In this document: piece by piece, positions 8,211 to 21,403 of the stretch
How positions within the stretch are numbered: position 1 is the first letter of the stretch
How the letters are laid out: every line of letters begins with the position of its first letter
Program-made: the position numbers and the translations under genes
The notes under the pieces: generated by a model
What the model was told of the DNA's origin: nothing
The model's database searches: none
Seen by the model: only the letters and a program-made list of their open reading frames with translations
Assembly (NCBI GenBank): GCA_018882965.1
Contig: VEQY01000016.1
Coordinates: forward strand, 308 to 64,307
DNA length: 64,000 nt
Source: Mycobacterium sp.
GTDB taxonomy: Bacteria; Actinomycetota; Actinomycetes; Mycobacteriales; Mycobacteriaceae
Direction of reading: 5' to 3'

Positions 8211-8321
8211 ATGCGTGTCCCCGAGACCAAGCGCACCGGCGGCTGTACCTGCCGCTGCGGCGCCTGCAAGAGCCAGGCACACTGCCGCAACATCGGCAGC
8301 GGCTGCCGGATCAAGCTCTAG
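8211..8321 (+). CDS. 36-aa Cys-rich basic small protein MRVPETKRTGGCTCRCGACKSQAHCRNIGSGCRIKL (absent from the ORF track)
   Basis: AAGGAGGTGA Shine-Dalgarno at 8196-8205, 5 nt before ATG; 32 of 35 sense codons after ATG end in G/C; TATCGT -10-like at 8162-8167; stop shares CTAG with the ppx2 stop. Confidence 0.8.
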   Translation: MRVPETKRTGGCTCRCGACKSQAHCRNIGSGCRIKL

Positions 8322-9262
8322 CGGATCGCGAGCGCGATCCCGTCGAGGATGTCGTGCTCGCTGACCACGAGCTCGCTGATCCCCGCCCGCTCCCCCAGCG
8401 CCGCGGCCAGTTCCTCGACGATGATCGCCCCGCCGGCGATGACGTCGACCCTGCCCTCGTGCATGGGGCCCAGCGCAGCACGCTGCGCGCGGGTCATGGC
8501 GATCAACTCCGCGCACACCGCGCGCAGGTCGGCGAACCCCACCCGAGACAGGTGAATCGCCGCGGGATCGTAGGTCGGCAGACCGTGGGCCAGCGCGGCG
8601 ATCGTGGTGAACGTTCCCGCCAGACCGACCCACGTGCGCGCCTGCTGCACCGGCACCACCCGAAGCGCCTCGGCCAGACGCTCCCGCACCACCTGCCGGG
8701 CATCGGCCACCTCCGCGGCCGCCGGCGGGTCGCTATGCAGGCAGCGCTCGGTCATCCGCACGCACCCGATGTCGGCGGAGAAACTGGCCTGCACGCCTCC
8801 GGCGGCCTCGCCCAGCACCACCTCGGTTGATCCGCCACCGAGGTCGACGACGACGAAAGGTCCTGCGGCGGAGTCCAACTCGCCGACCGCACCGTTGAAC
8901 GACAGCTCCGCCTCCTCGGCACCGGTGATCACCTCGGCGACCGCCCCCGGCACCACCTCACCGAGGACGGTGGCGGTCATCGCGAAGAAGTCGTCGCGGT
9001 TGGCCGCATCGCGGGTGGCCGACGTCGCCACCATCCGCACCCGGTCCACCCCGTAGCCGCGCAGCAATCCGGCATAGTCCACCAGCGCGGCGCGGGTGCG
9101 CTGCAGCGCGCCGGCACTGAAGCTGCCGGTGGCGTCCACGCCCTCGCCGAGGCGCACGATGCGCATCTCGCGGTGCAGATCGCTCAGCGTCGCGCCGTGG
9201 CGCTCGGCGACGAGCAACCGGATCGAGTTGGTGCCGCAGTCGATGGCCGCGACCCGGGTCAT
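8318..9262 (-). CDS. ppx2: Ppx/GppA family exopolyphosphatase (Rv1026 homolog)
   Basis: MTRVAAIDCGTNSIRLL, ATSATRDA, VDLGGGSTE, EHDILDG; last gene of the eno operon. Confidence 0.95.
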   Translation of the reverse strand: MTRVAAIDCGTNSIRLLVAERHGATLSDLHREMRIVRLGEGVDATGSFSAGALQRTRAALVDYAGLLRGYGVDRVRMVATSATRDAANRDDFFAMTATVLGEVVPGAVAEVITGAEEAELSFNGAVGELDSAAGPFVVVDLGGGSTEVVLGEAAGGVQASFSADIGCVRMTERCLHSDPPAAAEVADARQVVRERLAEALRVVPVQQARTWVGLAGTFTTIAALAHGLPTYDPAAIHLSRVGFADLRAVCAELIAMTRAQRAALGPMHEGRVDVIAGGAIIVEELAAALGERAGISELVVSEHDILDGIALAIR

Positions 9263-9750
9263 GTCCACTGCCCCGCAGCGAGGATCCCGGCCATCGCGGG
9301 GTCGGCGGCGACCCGGGCCAGCGCCTCGTCGCCGAGCGGGTTGACCCCCCGGCCCTTGGCCAGCGCGTGGGCCATGAGCACGTGCAGGCACTTCACCCGC
9401 TCGGGCATGCCGCCGGCCGAAGTGGTGGTGCCCAGGGGTGCGATCGCATCACGCTCGGCCAGGTAGGACTCGTGGGCGCGGCGGTAGGCGGCGGCGAGAT
9501 CGGGATCGGCGCGCAGCCGGGCGTTCATCGCCTCCATCGCCCCCTCGGATTCGAGCCTGCTGGCCGCGGCGGTCAGCGCGGGATGGGTCAGGTAGTACAG
9601 CGTCGGAAACGGAGTGCCGTCGGGCAGCCGCGGTGCGGTGGTGACCACGGCGGGCTCCCCGTTGGGGCAGCGGTAGGCGATCGCCAGCACCCCGCGCGGT
9701 ACCCGCCCCAACTGCCGTGCCACCACGTCGAGGTCGGCCGGGTCAACCAC
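9259..9750 (-). CDS. DUF501 family protein (Rv1025 homolog)
   Basis: PRLPDGTPFPTLYYLTHP and GGMPERVKCLH motifs; synteny. Confidence 0.92.
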   Translation of the reverse strand: MVDPADLDVVARQLGRVPRGVLAIAYRCPNGEPAVVTTAPRLPDGTPFPTLYYLTHPALTAAASRLESEGAMEAMNARLRADPDLAAAYRRAHESYLAERDAIAPLGTTTSAGGMPERVKCLHVLMAHALAKGRGVNPLGDEALARVAADPAMAGILAAGQWT

Positions 9751-10375
9751 CGGGCGGCGGCGGGGCCGGCGGCAGCGGCGGGGCCGGCGGGGGTTCGGCC
9801 GGCGGCCCGTGCGGGGTGTCGGCGATGGTGTGCCACAGCGCGGTGTACCAGGGGTCACCGCTGCGCGCGACGCCGCCCTGCGGCCCGCCGTCGACCGCCG
9901 CCGCCGACGACGGCGGCAGCTGCACCTGATAGGGAATGTCGCCGGGTTTGACGAAGCCCAGCCGCTCGCGGGCCTGCGCGGCGATGTAGACCGGGTCGGC
10001 GAGTTTGGCCTTCTGGCCCTCCAGGTCGGCGATCTGCTCGCGCAGCGCAGCCTCGCTGGCGGCCAGCTGGCGCATCTCGGTGCGCTGGGCGAAGTAGGTG
10101 CGCACCGGCCCGGCGATGGTCAGGGTCAGCACACACACCACCGCGGCGAGAATGGCCGCGCGTCGGGCGGTGAACCCCAGCCGCTCCTCGCTCTGCTGGG
10201 CGGCCGACGCGGAGATGGCGCGACGGATCGGTTCGGTGATGCCGCGCCGGACCGACTCGGCCCGCGCCCGCAGGCCCCGGCCGCCGGGCTCCTTGGCGCC
10301 CGCCCGCGCCGGCCGCGACCGGCGTGAGGTGGCTGCCGGCCGGGAGGCCGGCGTGCGCCGCTTGCCGTCTGCCAC
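9743..10375 (-). CDS. ftsB: Septum formation initiator FtsB/DivIC (Rv1024 homolog)
   Basis: Basic N-terminus, single TM helix, coiled coil, AQARERLGFVKPGD; follows eno. Confidence 0.9.
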   Translation of the reverse strand: MADGKRRTPASRPAATSRRSRPARAGAKEPGGRGLRARAESVRRGITEPIRRAISASAAQQSEERLGFTARRAAILAAVVCVLTLTIAGPVRTYFAQRTEMRQLAASEAALREQIADLEGQKAKLADPVYIAAQARERLGFVKPGDIPYQVQLPPSSAAAVDGGPQGGVARSGDPWYTALWHTIADTPHGPPAEPPPAPPLPPAPPPPGG

Positions 10376-10386
10376 CCGCGCCGGCC

Positions 10387-12480
<2,094 letters not shown>

Positions 12481-13434
12481 TCACCCCTCACCTTGACCTG
12501 CCCTGTTCCCCCTATCGTCCCACGGGCGGGCTTCGTTAGTCGTCGCCCAGGCCCGGCGCCAGCCCTCGGCGCTGGCCGGCCCGGGGCCCGAACCGTCCGC
12601 GGCGATGGCCCGCTCGGCGGCGCGAACCCGGTCGATGAAGGACAGCACCGCCGCGCGCAGATCGTTCTCCGCATCGCCGCCGGGGCCGACGGACACCGAG
12701 GTCAGCCCGGCCGGGATGAGGTCGGCCGGCAGCCCGGCCGCGCTGGCCCGGTCGATCACCTTCTGCGCCAGCGCCAGCGCGGGCTGCGCGGTGGGGATGC
12801 CGTCGACGCAGCCGCGGTCTGCCCGCTCGGCGGCCTTGCGCTGCTCCCACTGGGCCAGCTGATCCTCCAGTGTCACGTTCTCCCCGGCCAGCACCGCGGG
12901 GACCCGGTTGCCCAGCTTGCGCACCAGCGCGTCGGCGACGTCGTCGATGCCGAACGGATGCGCCGGAGCGTCCTCGGCGATGCGGGCGTGGAAGAGCACT
13001 TGCAGCAGGATGTCGCCGAGTTCGTCGCGCAGCTCGGCCGGGTCGCCGCCACGGACCGCGTCGAAGAGCTCGTAGGTCTCCTCCAGCAGGTAGCGGCGCA
13101 GCGAGTCGTGGGTCTGGGTGCTCTCCCACGGGCCCGCCGTGCGCAGCCGGTCCATCACGGCCACCGCGTCGAGCAGACGCTCCCCCGGCCTGGTTTCGGG
13201 CGCGGCGATCAGCGACTCGCCCGCGGCCAGGCGCGCCGTCACTTCCGGGTGGGCGGGATCGGCGGACAGCAGCGTCGGGGCGGGCTCCCCGGCCCCGGCC
13301 GGGCGGGCCGCCGGCAGCAGCGCCCGGATCGACTCGGGCACGTCCTCGGTGCACTGCACGTCACCGCTGAGCAACGCGACCGCCTCCAGCGGGATCATCG
13401 CGGGCCGGCGCGGGTCGACCAGGATGACGGTCAC
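12481..13434 (-). CDS. mazG: Nucleoside triphosphate pyrophosphohydrolase MazG
   Basis: [35 protein letters not shown]; downstream of mfd. Confidence 0.93.
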   Translation of the reverse strand: MTVILVDPRRPAMIPLEAVALLSGDVQCTEDVPESIRALLPAARPAGAGEPAPTLLSADPAHPEVTARLAAGESLIAAPETRPGERLLDAVAVMDRLRTAGPWESTQTHDSLRRYLLEETYELFDAVRGGDPAELRDELGDILLQVLFHARIAEDAPAHPFGIDDVADALVRKLGNRVPAVLAGENVTLEDQLAQWEQRKAAERADRGCVDGIPTAQPALALAQKVIDRASAAGLPADLIPAGLTSVSVGPGGDAENDLRAAVLSFIDRVRAAERAIAADGSGPGPASAEGWRRAWATTNEARPWDDRGNRAGQGEG

Positions 13435-16400
13435 CGGGCCGTTATATCAATCTCGCCGGGCGGGCGGCCATGCAGCGCGAGCAGCAGGTCGGCCACCATC
13501 TGCGCCAGCTCCAGATCGCGCAGCCGCTGCGCGCCGATGCCGCCCTGGCGCGGGATCGGCACCTGCACGGTGGACGTCGTCGCGCGGTATCCGGCGGCCG
13601 GGTAGAGCCGCTTGAGCCGGACCTGCGCGGAATCGGGCAGGGTCAGCGGCGCGATCCGCAGGGTGGTGGCGCCGGTTCCGGTGGCCGCGACCTCGGTGAC
13701 GCCGTAGCGCCGGCACAGCAGCCGCAGCCGGGCGACGGCGACCAGCCGCTGCGCGGGCTCGGGCAGCGGGCCGTAGCGGTCGGTGAGCTCGTCGATGACC
13801 GCCGCGATCGCCTCCGCGTCCTCGGCGGCGGCCAGTCGGCGGTAAGCCTCCAGCCGCAGCCGGTCGCTGTTGACATAGTCGGCGGGCAGGTGCGCATCGA
13901 CCGGTAAATCGATGCGCACGTCCTTGGGCTCCTCCGCGGTCGTGACGGTTCCGCCGTCGGCGGCGGCCCGGTAGGCCTGCACGGCCTCACCGACCAGCCG
14001 CACGTAGAGGTCGAAGCCGACACCGGCGACATGACCGGACTGCTCGACTCCGAGCACGTTGCCCGCACCGCGAATCTCCAAGTCCTTCAACGCAACCGCC
14101 ATCCCCGCGCCCAGCTCGTTGTTCTGCGCGATGGTGGCCAGCCGGTCATAGGCGGTCTCAGTCAGCGGGGTCTCGCGCGGGTAGAGGAAGTAGGCGTACC
14201 CGCGCTCGCGGCTGCGTCCCACCCGCCCGCGCAGCTGGTGCAGCTGGGAAAGGCCGAAGGTGTCGGCCCGCTCCACGATCAGCGTGTTGGCGTTGGAGAT
14301 GTCCAGGCCGGTCTCGATGATGGTGGTGCACACCAGGATGTCGTAGTCGCGGTTCCAGAAGCCCGCGACGGTGCGCTCCAGCAGGTCCTCGGGCATCTGG
14401 CCGTGCGCGACGGCCACCCGCGCCTCGGGCACCAGCTGGCGTACCCGCGCGGCGGCGGCGTCGATGCTGGCGACCCGGTTGTGCACGTAGAACACCTGTC
14501 CGTCGCGCAGCAGTTCACGGCGCAGCGCGGCGGCGACCTGTTTGTCGTCGTAGGGGCCGACGTAGGTCAGCACCGGGTAGCGCTCCTCGGGCGGGGTGAG
14601 GATGGTCGACATCTCCCGGATGCCGGCCAGGCTCATCTCCAGCGTGCGCGGGATCGGGGTGGCGCTCATGGTGAGCACATCGACGTGGGTGCGCAGCGCC
14701 TTGATGTGCTCCTTGTGCTCGACGCCGAAGCGCTGCTCCTCGTCGACCACCACCAGGCCGAGGTCCTTCCAGCGCACGCCGGTCTGCAGCAGCCGGTGGG
14801 TGCCGATCACGATGTCCACGCTGCCGTCGGCCATCCCGGCCAGCACCTTCTTGGACTCGCCGGCGTCGGTGAAGCGCGACAACGCCTTGACGGTGACCGG
14901 GAACCCGGCCATCCGTTCGGTGAAGGTCTGCAGGTGCTGATCGGCCAGCAGCGTGGTGGGCACCAGCACGGCCACCTGCTTGCCGTCCTGCACGGCCTTG
15001 AACGCCGCCCGCACCGCGATCTCGGTCTTGCCGTAGCCGACGTCACCGCAGATCACCCGGTCCATCGGCACGGGCTTTTCCATGTCGGCCTTCACCTCAC
15101 CGATCGCGGTCAGCTGGTCGGCGGTCTCGGTGAAGCCGAACGCGTCCTCCATCTCGGACTGCCACGGGGTGTCGGGGGAGAAGGCGTGCCCCGGTGCGGC
15201 CTGGCGCTTGGCGTAGAGGGCGACCAGTTCGGCGGCGATCTCGCGAACCGCCTTGCGCGCCTTCGTTTTCGTGTTGGTCCAGTCGCTGCCGCCCAGTCGG
15301 CTCAGCGCCGGCTGCTCGCCGCCGACGTAGCGCGACAGCTGATCCAGGGAGTCCATCGGGACGTAGAGCTTGTCGGCCTGCTGGCCGCGTCTGCTGCCGG
15401 CGTACTCCAGCACGAGGTACTCGCGGCGCGCGCCGCCGACGGTGCGCTCGACCATCTCGATGAACCGTCCGATGCCGTGCTGGTCGTGCACCACCAGATC
15501 ACCGGCGGTCAGCGCCAGCGGGTCGACGGTGTTGCGCCGGCGCGCGGCCAGCCGCTTGCCCTCGGGCCCGGTGGCGCGGTTGCCGGTCAGATCGGTCTCG
15601 GTGATCACCACCAGCCGGGCCGCGGGCATCACGATCCCGGCGTGCAGCGGGCCCTTGAGCACCCCGACCACGCCGGGCGCCGGTGCGCCGCCGGGCTCGA
15701 GCAGCGCGGCCGGGGTGTCGCGTTCGGCGAGCTGCTCGACGACCCGGTGCCCGGTGCCCGTGCCGGGCGTCACCCCCGCGGCCAGCCCGCCGGTGAGCAC
15801 GTGGGCGCGCAGCATCGCGAAGATCTCCTCGACGTTGCTCTGCTGGCCGCGCGCCGCCGGTGCGGGCTTGAGGCCCAGGTCGATCGCGCCCTCGGAGCCC
15901 AGTTGGCTGACCGTCCACCACGGGTGCCCGCCGGCGCGGGCGGCCTCGCGGACCTCGTCGAGGTCGCGGAACCCCGACCCGCCGAGTTGCTCGACGTCCA
16001 CCGGCGCCTCACCGCCGATCGCGGCCACCGACCACGAGGCCTCCAGGAACTCCTGTCCGGTGCTGATCAGATCGGCCGCGCGGGTGCGCACCTTCTCGGG
16101 GTCGCACACCAGCAGCGGGGTGTGCGCCGGGAGGTGGTCGGTGAGCAGGCCCAGCCGTCCAGGGCGCAGCACCGGCTGCAGGGCCTCCATCCCGTCGACC
16201 GGGATGCCTTCGGCCAGCTTGGCCAGCATATCGGCGACACCGCCGACCACCGCGTTCTCCCCGACGGGGCTGTGTGCGGCTAATTCTGCTGCCTTGCAAC
16301 GGACTTCGTCGCTCAGCAGCAGCTCGCGGCACGGCACCGCGATCACCGCGGCGACGTCGATCTCGGGAATCGAGCGCTGATCGGCGACGGCGAACATCCG

Positions 16401-17054
16401 CATCTCGCTGATCTCGTCGCCCCAGAACTCGACGCGCACCGGGTGCTCGGCGGTCGGCGGGAAGACGTCGAGGATCCCGCCGCGCACCGCGAACTCCCCG
16501 CGCCGGCCAACCATGTCCACCCGGGTGTAGGCCAGATCGACCAGGCGCGCCACCACGGCGTCGAAGTCCTGTTCGGCGCCGACCTCGAAGGTGACCGGTT
16601 CGATCTCGGCGAGGTCGGCGGCCATCGGCTGCAGCAGCGAGCGCACGCTGGTCACCACGACGGCCAGCGGCGGGCCCAGGCGGGCGTCGTCGGGGCGGGC
16701 CAGCCGGCGCAGCAGCAGCAACCGGGAGCCGACGGTGTCCACGCCCGGCGAGAGCCGCTCGTGCGGCAGCGTCTCCCAGGACGGGAACAACGCCGCGGCC
16801 TCGCCGTACACCCCGCGCAGCTCGGCGGTGAGGTCGTCGGCCTCCCGGCCGGTGGCGGTCACCACCAACAGCGGGCCGCCGCGGGCCAGCACACAGGCCA
16901 CGAAAAGTTGGGCGCTGACCGGTCCCACCACCGCGAGGTTCTCCGGCCGGCCCGCCGCGAGCTCGGTGAGATCGGCGAAAGCCGGTGCGCTCAGCGCGGT
17001 GTCGACCAGACCCGCCAGCGGGGTTCGGACGTCCTGACACCCCGACACGGCCAT
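13431..17054 (-). CDS. mfd: Transcription-repair coupling factor
   Basis: [35 protein letters not shown]-terminal domain; TACAAT -10 9 nt upstream of ATG 17054. Confidence 0.98.
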   Translation of the reverse strand: MAVSGCQDVRTPLAGLVDTALSAPAFADLTELAAGRPENLAVVGPVSAQLFVACVLARGGPLLVVTATGREADDLTAELRGVYGEAAALFPSWETLPHERLSPGVDTVGSRLLLLRRLARPDDARLGPPLAVVVTSVRSLLQPMAADLAEIEPVTFEVGAEQDFDAVVARLVDLAYTRVDMVGRRGEFAVRGGILDVFPPTAEHPVRVEFWGDEISEMRMFAVADQRSIPEIDVAAVIAVPCRELLLSDEVRCKAAELAAHSPVGENAVVGGVADMLAKLAEGIPVDGMEALQPVLRPGRLGLLTDHLPAHTPLLVCDPEKVRTRAADLISTGQEFLEASWSVAAIGGEAPVDVEQLGGSGFRDLDEVREAARAGGHPWWTVSQLGSEGAIDLGLKPAPAARGQQSNVEEIFAMLRAHVLTGGLAAGVTPGTGTGHRVVEQLAERDTPAALLEPGGAPAPGVVGVLKGPLHAGIVMPAARLVVITETDLTGNRATGPEGKRLAARRRNTVDPLALTAGDLVVHDQHGIGRFIEMVERTVGGARREYLVLEYAGSRRGQQADKLYVPMDSLDQLSRYVGGEQPALSRLGGSDWTNTKTKARKAVREIAAELVALYAKRQAAPGHAFSPDTPWQSEMEDAFGFTETADQLTAIGEVKADMEKPVPMDRVICGDVGYGKTEIAVRAAFKAVQDGKQVAVLVPTTLLADQHLQTFTERMAGFPVTVKALSRFTDAGESKKVLAGMADGSVDIVIGTHRLLQTGVRWKDLGLVVVDEEQRFGVEHKEHIKALRTHVDVLTMSATPIPRTLEMSLAGIREMSTILTPPEERYPVLTYVGPYDDKQVAAALRRELLRDGQVFYVHNRVASIDAAAARVRQLVPEARVAVAHGQMPEDLLERTVAGFWNRDYDILVCTTIIETGLDISNANTLIVERADTFGLSQLHQLRGRVGRSRERGYAYFLYPRETPLTETAYDRLATIAQNNELGAGMAVALKDLEIRGAGNVLGVEQSGHVAGVGFDLYVRLVGEAVQAYRAAADGGTVTTAEEPKDVRIDLPVDAHLPADYVNSDRLRLEAYRRLAAAEDAEAIAAVIDELTDRYGPLPEPAQRLVAVARLRLLCRRYGVTEVAATGTGATTLRIAPLTLPDSAQVRLKRLYPAAGYRATTSTVQVPIPRQGGIGAQRLRDLELAQMVADLLLALHGRPPGEIDITAR

Positions 17055-17141
17055 GATCGACTGATTGTAGGTCCTGGTGTATGTGCTTGCGGCGAGCGGC
17101 GATTCACCCGCTGGCCTGCTGATACAGTGCCAGGCGGACGA

Positions 17142-17213
17142 TCCGTCGTGGTGTAATCGGCAGCACCTCTGATTTTGGTTCAGATAGTTCAGGTTCGAGT
17201 CCTGGCGACGGAG
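17142..17213 (+). tRNA. tRNA-Gln(UUG), 72 nt
   Basis: Acceptor TCCGTCG/CGACGGA, anticodon arm TCTGA-TTTTGGT-TCAGA, T loop TTCGAGT; TACAGT -10-like at 17123-17128. Confidence 0.97.
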
Positions 17214-17239
17214 CAAAGCCTCGTCCGAGCCAGACACTT

Positions 17240-17306
17240 CCTCCCCGACTGTGCGGTTTTGTACGGTTTGATTGGCGTGTCGCGAACGAAACGGCACAGT
17301 GGGAGG
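17240..17306 (+). promoter_or_regulatory. Long stem-loop in the tRNA-Gln/glmU spacer that pairs the glmU Shine-Dalgarno
   Basis: CCTCCC(17240-45)/GGGAGG(17301-06) and ACTGTGC(17248-54)/GCACAGT(17294-300) pair perfectly; also GTTT/AAAC. Confidence 0.5.
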
Positions 17307-17311
17307 TCCGG

Positions 17312-18799
17312 GTGACGCCATCGATGACGACACCGACGGATTCGGCCGTGCTGGTGCTCGCCGCTGGTGCCGGCACCCGGATGCGCTCGGACGTCCCCAA
17401 GGTGCTGCACGCCCTGGGCGGTCGCAGCATGCTCGCCCACGCCCTGCACGCGGTCGCCAAGGTCGCGCCCGACCACCTGGTGGTGGTGCTGGGCAAGGAC
17501 CGTGAGCGCGTCGCCCCGGTGGTCGGCGAACTGGCCAGCGATCTGGGCCGGCCGGTCGAGGTGGCCGTCCAGCAGGAACAGCTGGGCACCGGCGACGCCG
17601 CGCTGTGCGGGCTGGCGGCGCTGCCCGCCGACTTCGCCGGCACGGTCGTGGTGACCTCCGCCGACATCCCGCTGCTCGACGCCGACACCCTGGCCGGCCT
17701 GATCGCCGCCCACCGCGACGAGCCGGCCGCGGTGACGGTGCTGACCACCACCGTGCCCGACGCCCACGGCTACGGGCGCATCCTGCGCACCCAGGACGGC
17801 GAGGTGATCGCCATCGTCGAGGAGGCCGACGCCACCCCGCAGCAGCGGGCCATCCGCGAGGTCAACGCCGGGGTGTACGCGTTCGACGTCGCCGCGCTGC
17901 GCTCGGCGCTGAGCCGGCTGTCCCCGGACAACGCCCAGCAGGAGCGCTACCTGACCGACGTGATCGCGATCGTGCGCGCCGACGGGCGCCCGGTGCGCGC
18001 CCGGCACATCGAGGACCACGCCCTGGTCGCCGGCGTCAACGACCGGGTCCAGCTGGCCGAGATCGCCCGCGAGCTCAACCGCCGCGTCGTCGCCGGCCAC
18101 CAGCGCGCCGGGGTCACCGTGATCGACCCGCAGACCACCTGGATCGACGTCGACGTGGCGATCGGCCGCGACACCGTCGTGCACCCGGGCACCCAGCTGC
18201 TGGGGACGACCCGCATCGGTGCCGCATGCCGCATCGGACCGGACAGCACGCTCGACGCCGTCAGCGTGGGCGACCGCGCGTCGGTGGTGCGCACCCACGC
18301 CGTCGACTCCGAGATCGGTGACGGCGCGGACGTCGGGCCGTTCGCCTATCTGCGGCCGGGCACCCGGCTGGGCGCCGAGGGCAAGCTCGGTGCGTTCGTC
18401 GAGACCAAGAATTCCTCGATCGGCGCCGGCACCAAGGTGCCGCACCTGACCTACGTCGGCGACGCCGACATCGGCGAGCACAGCAACATCGGCGCCTCCA
18501 GCGTGTTCGTCAACTACGACGGCGAGACCAAACAGCGCACCACGGTGGGCTCGCACGTGCGCACCGGAAGCGACACCATGTTCGTCGCCCCGGTCACCGT
18601 CGGCGACGGCGCCTACACCGGCGCGGGCACGGTGCTGCGCGAGGACGTGCCGCCCGGGGCGCTGGCGGTGTCGGCGGGCCCGCAGCGCACCATCGAGGAC
18701 TGGGTGCTGCACAACCGGCCGGGCAGCGACTCCGCTCAGGCCGCCGCCGAATCCCAGGCCCGGGCCAAAGCCGAGTCGGATGCGCCGGAACCGGACTGA
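17312..18799 (+). CDS. glmU: Bifunctional UDP-GlcNAc pyrophosphorylase / glucosamine-1-P acetyltransferase
   Basis: [18 protein letters not shown], hexapeptide repeats, PHLTYVGDA. Confidence 0.98.
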   Translation: MTPSMTTPTDSAVLVLAAGAGTRMRSDVPKVLHALGGRSMLAHALHAVAKVAPDHLVVVLGKDRERVAPVVGELASDLGRPVEVAVQQEQLGTGDAALCGLAALPADFAGTVVVTSADIPLLDADTLAGLIAAHRDEPAAVTVLTTTVPDAHGYGRILRTQDGEVIAIVEEADATPQQRAIREVNAGVYAFDVAALRSALSRLSPDNAQQERYLTDVIAIVRADGRPVRARHIEDHALVAGVNDRVQLAEIARELNRRVVAGHQRAGVTVIDPQTTWIDVDVAIGRDTVVHPGTQLLGTTRIGAACRIGPDSTLDAVSVGDRASVVRTHAVDSEIGDGADVGPFAYLRPGTRLGAEGKLGAFVETKNSSIGAGTKVPHLTYVGDADIGEHSNIGASSVFVNYDGETKQRTTVGSHVRTGSDTMFVAPVTVGDGAYTGAGTVLREDVPPGALAVSAGPQRTIEDWVLHNRPGSDSAQAAAESQARAKAESDAPEPD

Positions 18800-18853
18800 C
18801 TCCGTAAGATCAGGCAGCAGTTCTGACCGATTCCCGACCGGCAGGGGCAGCCA

Positions 18854-19834
18854 GTGAGCACGGACTGGAACGAAAACCGCAAGAACCTGATGCTCTTCTC
18901 GGGCCGGGCCCACCCCGAGCTTGCCGAGCAGGTCGCCAAGGAACTCGACGTCCACGTCACCGCCCAGACCGCCCGGGACTTCGCCAACGGCGAGATCTTC
19001 GTCCGCTTCGACGAGTCGGTCCGCGGCTGCGACGCCTTCGTGCTGCAGTCCCATCCCGCCCCGCTGAACACGTGGCTGATGGAGCAGCTGATCATGATCG
19101 ACGCGCTCAAGCGGGGCAGCGCCAAGCGGATCACCGCGATCCTGCCGTTCTACCCCTACGCCCGCCAGGACAAGAAGCATCGCGGACGCGAACCGATCTC
19201 GGCACGGCTGGTGGCCGACCTGCTCAAGACCGCCGGCGCGGACCGCATCGTGTCGGTGGACCTGCACACCGATCAGATCCAGGGGTTCTTCGACGGCCCA
19301 GTCGACCACATGCGTGCGCAACCGCTGCTGACCGGCTACATCAAGGACAACTACGCCTGCGAGAACATCGTTGTGGTCTCCCCCGACTCCGGCCGCGTGC
19401 GAGTCGCCGAGAAGTGGGCCGACGCACTGGGCGGTACACCGCTGGCGTTCATCCACAAGACGCGTGACCCGCGGGTGTCCAACCAGGTGGTGTCCAACCG
19501 GGTGGTCGGCGAGGTCGAGGGCCGCACCTGCGTGCTCACCGACGACATGATCGACACCGGCGGGACCATCGCCGGCGCGGTGCGGCTGCTGCGCGAGGAC
19601 GGTGCCGCCGACGTCATCATCGCCGCGACCCACGGGGTGCTCTCCGACCCGGCCGCCGAGCGGCTCGCCGGGTGCGGCGCCCGCGAGGTGATCGTCACCG
19701 ACACCCTGCCGATCGACGACTCCAAGCGCTTCCCGCAGTTGACCGTGCTGTCGATCGCCCCGCTGCTGGCCAGCACCATCCGGGCGGTCTTCGAGAACGG
19801 TTCGGTGACCGGGCTCTTCGACGGGGACGCGTAG
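18854..19834 (+). CDS. prs: Ribose-phosphate pyrophosphokinase
   Basis: YARQDKK, VVVSPDSG, DDMIDTGGT. Confidence 0.98.
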   Translation: MSTDWNENRKNLMLFSGRAHPELAEQVAKELDVHVTAQTARDFANGEIFVRFDESVRGCDAFVLQSHPAPLNTWLMEQLIMIDALKRGSAKRITAILPFYPYARQDKKHRGREPISARLVADLLKTAGADRIVSVDLHTDQIQGFFDGPVDHMRAQPLLTGYIKDNYACENIVVVSPDSGRVRVAEKWADALGGTPLAFIHKTRDPRVSNQVVSNRVVGEVEGRTCVLTDDMIDTGGTIAGAVRLLREDGAADVIIAATHGVLSDPAAERLAGCGAREVIVTDTLPIDDSKRFPQLTVLSIAPLLASTIRAVFENGSVTGLFDGDA

Positions 19835-19845
19835 CTCTGCACCGG

Positions 19846-20541
19846 ATGAAGATCACCCCCGGGCGCGGCGCATCCGTCCTCGCCGTGCTTGCCATTGTCG
19901 TCGCGGTGATGATCGTCGCCTGCGGGCCGCGCGCCGCCGACTACTCCCCGGTCAAGGCCACCACGACGGCCGCAGCCGACGAGCCGGCCGACGAGACGGC
20001 CGGGCAGACCGGGACCAACTCGACCGCCCCCACCCCGATCGCCGACTACCTGTCCAGCGTCGGGGTGACCGGCGAGCAGGTGCCCCTGGACAAGCTGACC
20101 GATCTGAAGGTCACGCTGCCGCGGCCGCCGGGCTGGACGAAGTACGCCAACCCGAACCTGTCGCCGGGCACCGAGGCGATCGCCAAGAACAACACCTACC
20201 CCACCGCGATGGTGATGGTGTTCAAGCTCAACGGGAACTTCGACGTGGCCGAGGCGCTCAAGCACGCCGACGCCAGCGCGGAGATGTCGGAGAACTTCAC
20301 CAAACTCAACTACTCCGAGGCCGACTTCAAGGGATTCCCGTCGTCGATGATCGAGGGCAGCTACGACCTCAACGGGCAGCGCCTGCACACCTACAACCGC
20401 ATCGTCATCCCGGTGACGCCCGCCCCGAAATTCCAGCGCTACCTGGTGCAGTTCACCGTCACCAGCCTGTCCCGGCAGGCCGCACCGGAGGCCGGCGACA
20501 TCGAGTCCGTCATCGGGGGCTTCACCGTCGCGGTGACCTGA
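19846..20541 (+). CDS. lpqT: LpqN/LpqT family lipoprotein (Rv1016c homolog)
   Basis: Lipobox IVAC, Thr/Ala-rich linker, [13 protein letters not shown]; synteny between prs and rplY. Confidence 0.85.
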   Translation: MKITPGRGASVLAVLAIVVAVMIVACGPRAADYSPVKATTTAAADEPADETAGQTGTNSTAPTPIADYLSSVGVTGEQVPLDKLTDLKVTLPRPPGWTKYANPNLSPGTEAIAKNNTYPTAMVMVFKLNGNFDVAEALKHADASAEMSENFTKLNYSEADFKGFPSSMIEGSYDLNGQRLHTYNRIVIPVTPAPKFQRYLVQFTVTSLSRQAAPEAGDIESVIGGFTVAVT

Positions 20542-20591
20542 GCCGCGTCCGCGCGATTTCCCCGGGCAGGCCACCATCGGCTACCCTGAGG

Positions 20592-20631
20592 CGTCGTCAC
20601 GGCGAGGGTGGTCAGGCCACCGTTATCGACG
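20592..20631 (+). promoter_or_regulatory. Structured 5' leader of rplY (candidate L25 autoregulatory element)
   Basis: CGTCG/CGACG outer stem, GGTGG-TCAGG-CCACC inner hairpin, purine-rich internal loop; TACCCT -10 at 20582-20587. Confidence 0.4.
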
Positions 20632-20701
20632 AGGCCCGGCGCCCACGCGCTGTATCGCCCGCCTTCGCCGTCCGAAACCGACCCGAAGGCAGGAGCTTCC
20701 G

Positions 20702-21394
20702 ATGGCCACCACCACCAACCGGCTCAGCGTCGAAGTGCGCACCCGCACCGGCAAGGGCGCCTCGCGGCGTGCCCGCCGCGACGGCAAGGTCCCCGCTGTT
20801 CTCTACGGACACGGCAGCGAGCCGCAGCACCTGACGCTCAACGCGCACGACTTCGCCGCGGTGCTGCGCAACTCCGGCACCAACGCGGTGCTCAGCCTCA
20901 CCATCGACGGCAACGAGCAACTGGCGCTGACCAAGGCCATCGCCGTGCATCCGATCCGGCGCACCATCACCCACGCCGACCTGATCGTGGTCCGTCGCGG
21001 CGAGAAGGTGACCGTGGAGGTTCCGGTCGCCCTGGAGGGTGAGGCCGCCAACGGCACGCTCGTCACCCAGGACTCCACCACCATCGAGATCGAGGCCGAG
21101 GCGCTGTCGATCCCCGAAAGCCTGACGGTGTCGATCGAGGGCGCCGAGGAGGGCACCCAGATCACCGCCGGGCAGATCGCGTTGCCCGAGGGCGTCACCC
21201 TGATCAGCGACCCGGAGATGCTCGTGGTCAACATCGTGGTCGCCCCGACCGCCGAGGACCTCGAGGCCGAGGGCGCCGGCGAGGTGAGCGAGGCCGAGGG
21301 CGCCGAGGCCGCCGAGGGCGAAGCCGAACCCGCCGAGGGCGAAGAGGCCGGGGCGTCCGCCGAGGGCGAGAGCAAGCCCGCCGAGGGCGAGTAA
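20702..21394 (+). CDS. rplY: 50S ribosomal protein L25 / general stress protein Ctc
   Basis: [23 protein letters not shown]; acidic C-terminal tail. Confidence 0.97.
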   Translation: MATTTNRLSVEVRTRTGKGASRRARRDGKVPAVLYGHGSEPQHLTLNAHDFAAVLRNSGTNAVLSLTIDGNEQLALTKAIAVHPIRRTITHADLIVVRRGEKVTVEVPVALEGEAANGTLVTQDSTTIEIEAEALSIPESLTVSIEGAEEGTQITAGQIALPEGVTLISDPEMLVVNIVVAPTAEDLEAEGAGEVSEAEGAEAAEGEAEPAEGEEAGASAEGESKPAEGE

Positions 21395-21403
21395 GCACCG
21401 GCC

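Noticed and set aside
17189-19633. Long antisense ORFs (also 14031-16283, 25082-27400, 42317-45385, 49204-51459 and others)
   Set aside because: Shadow frames opposite well-recognised genes, expected at this GC content; no motifs, low-complexity Arg/Gly/Ala translations
21260-21392. Repeated GCCGAGGGCG units at the end of rplY
   Set aside because: They encode the usual acidic low-complexity Ctc tail
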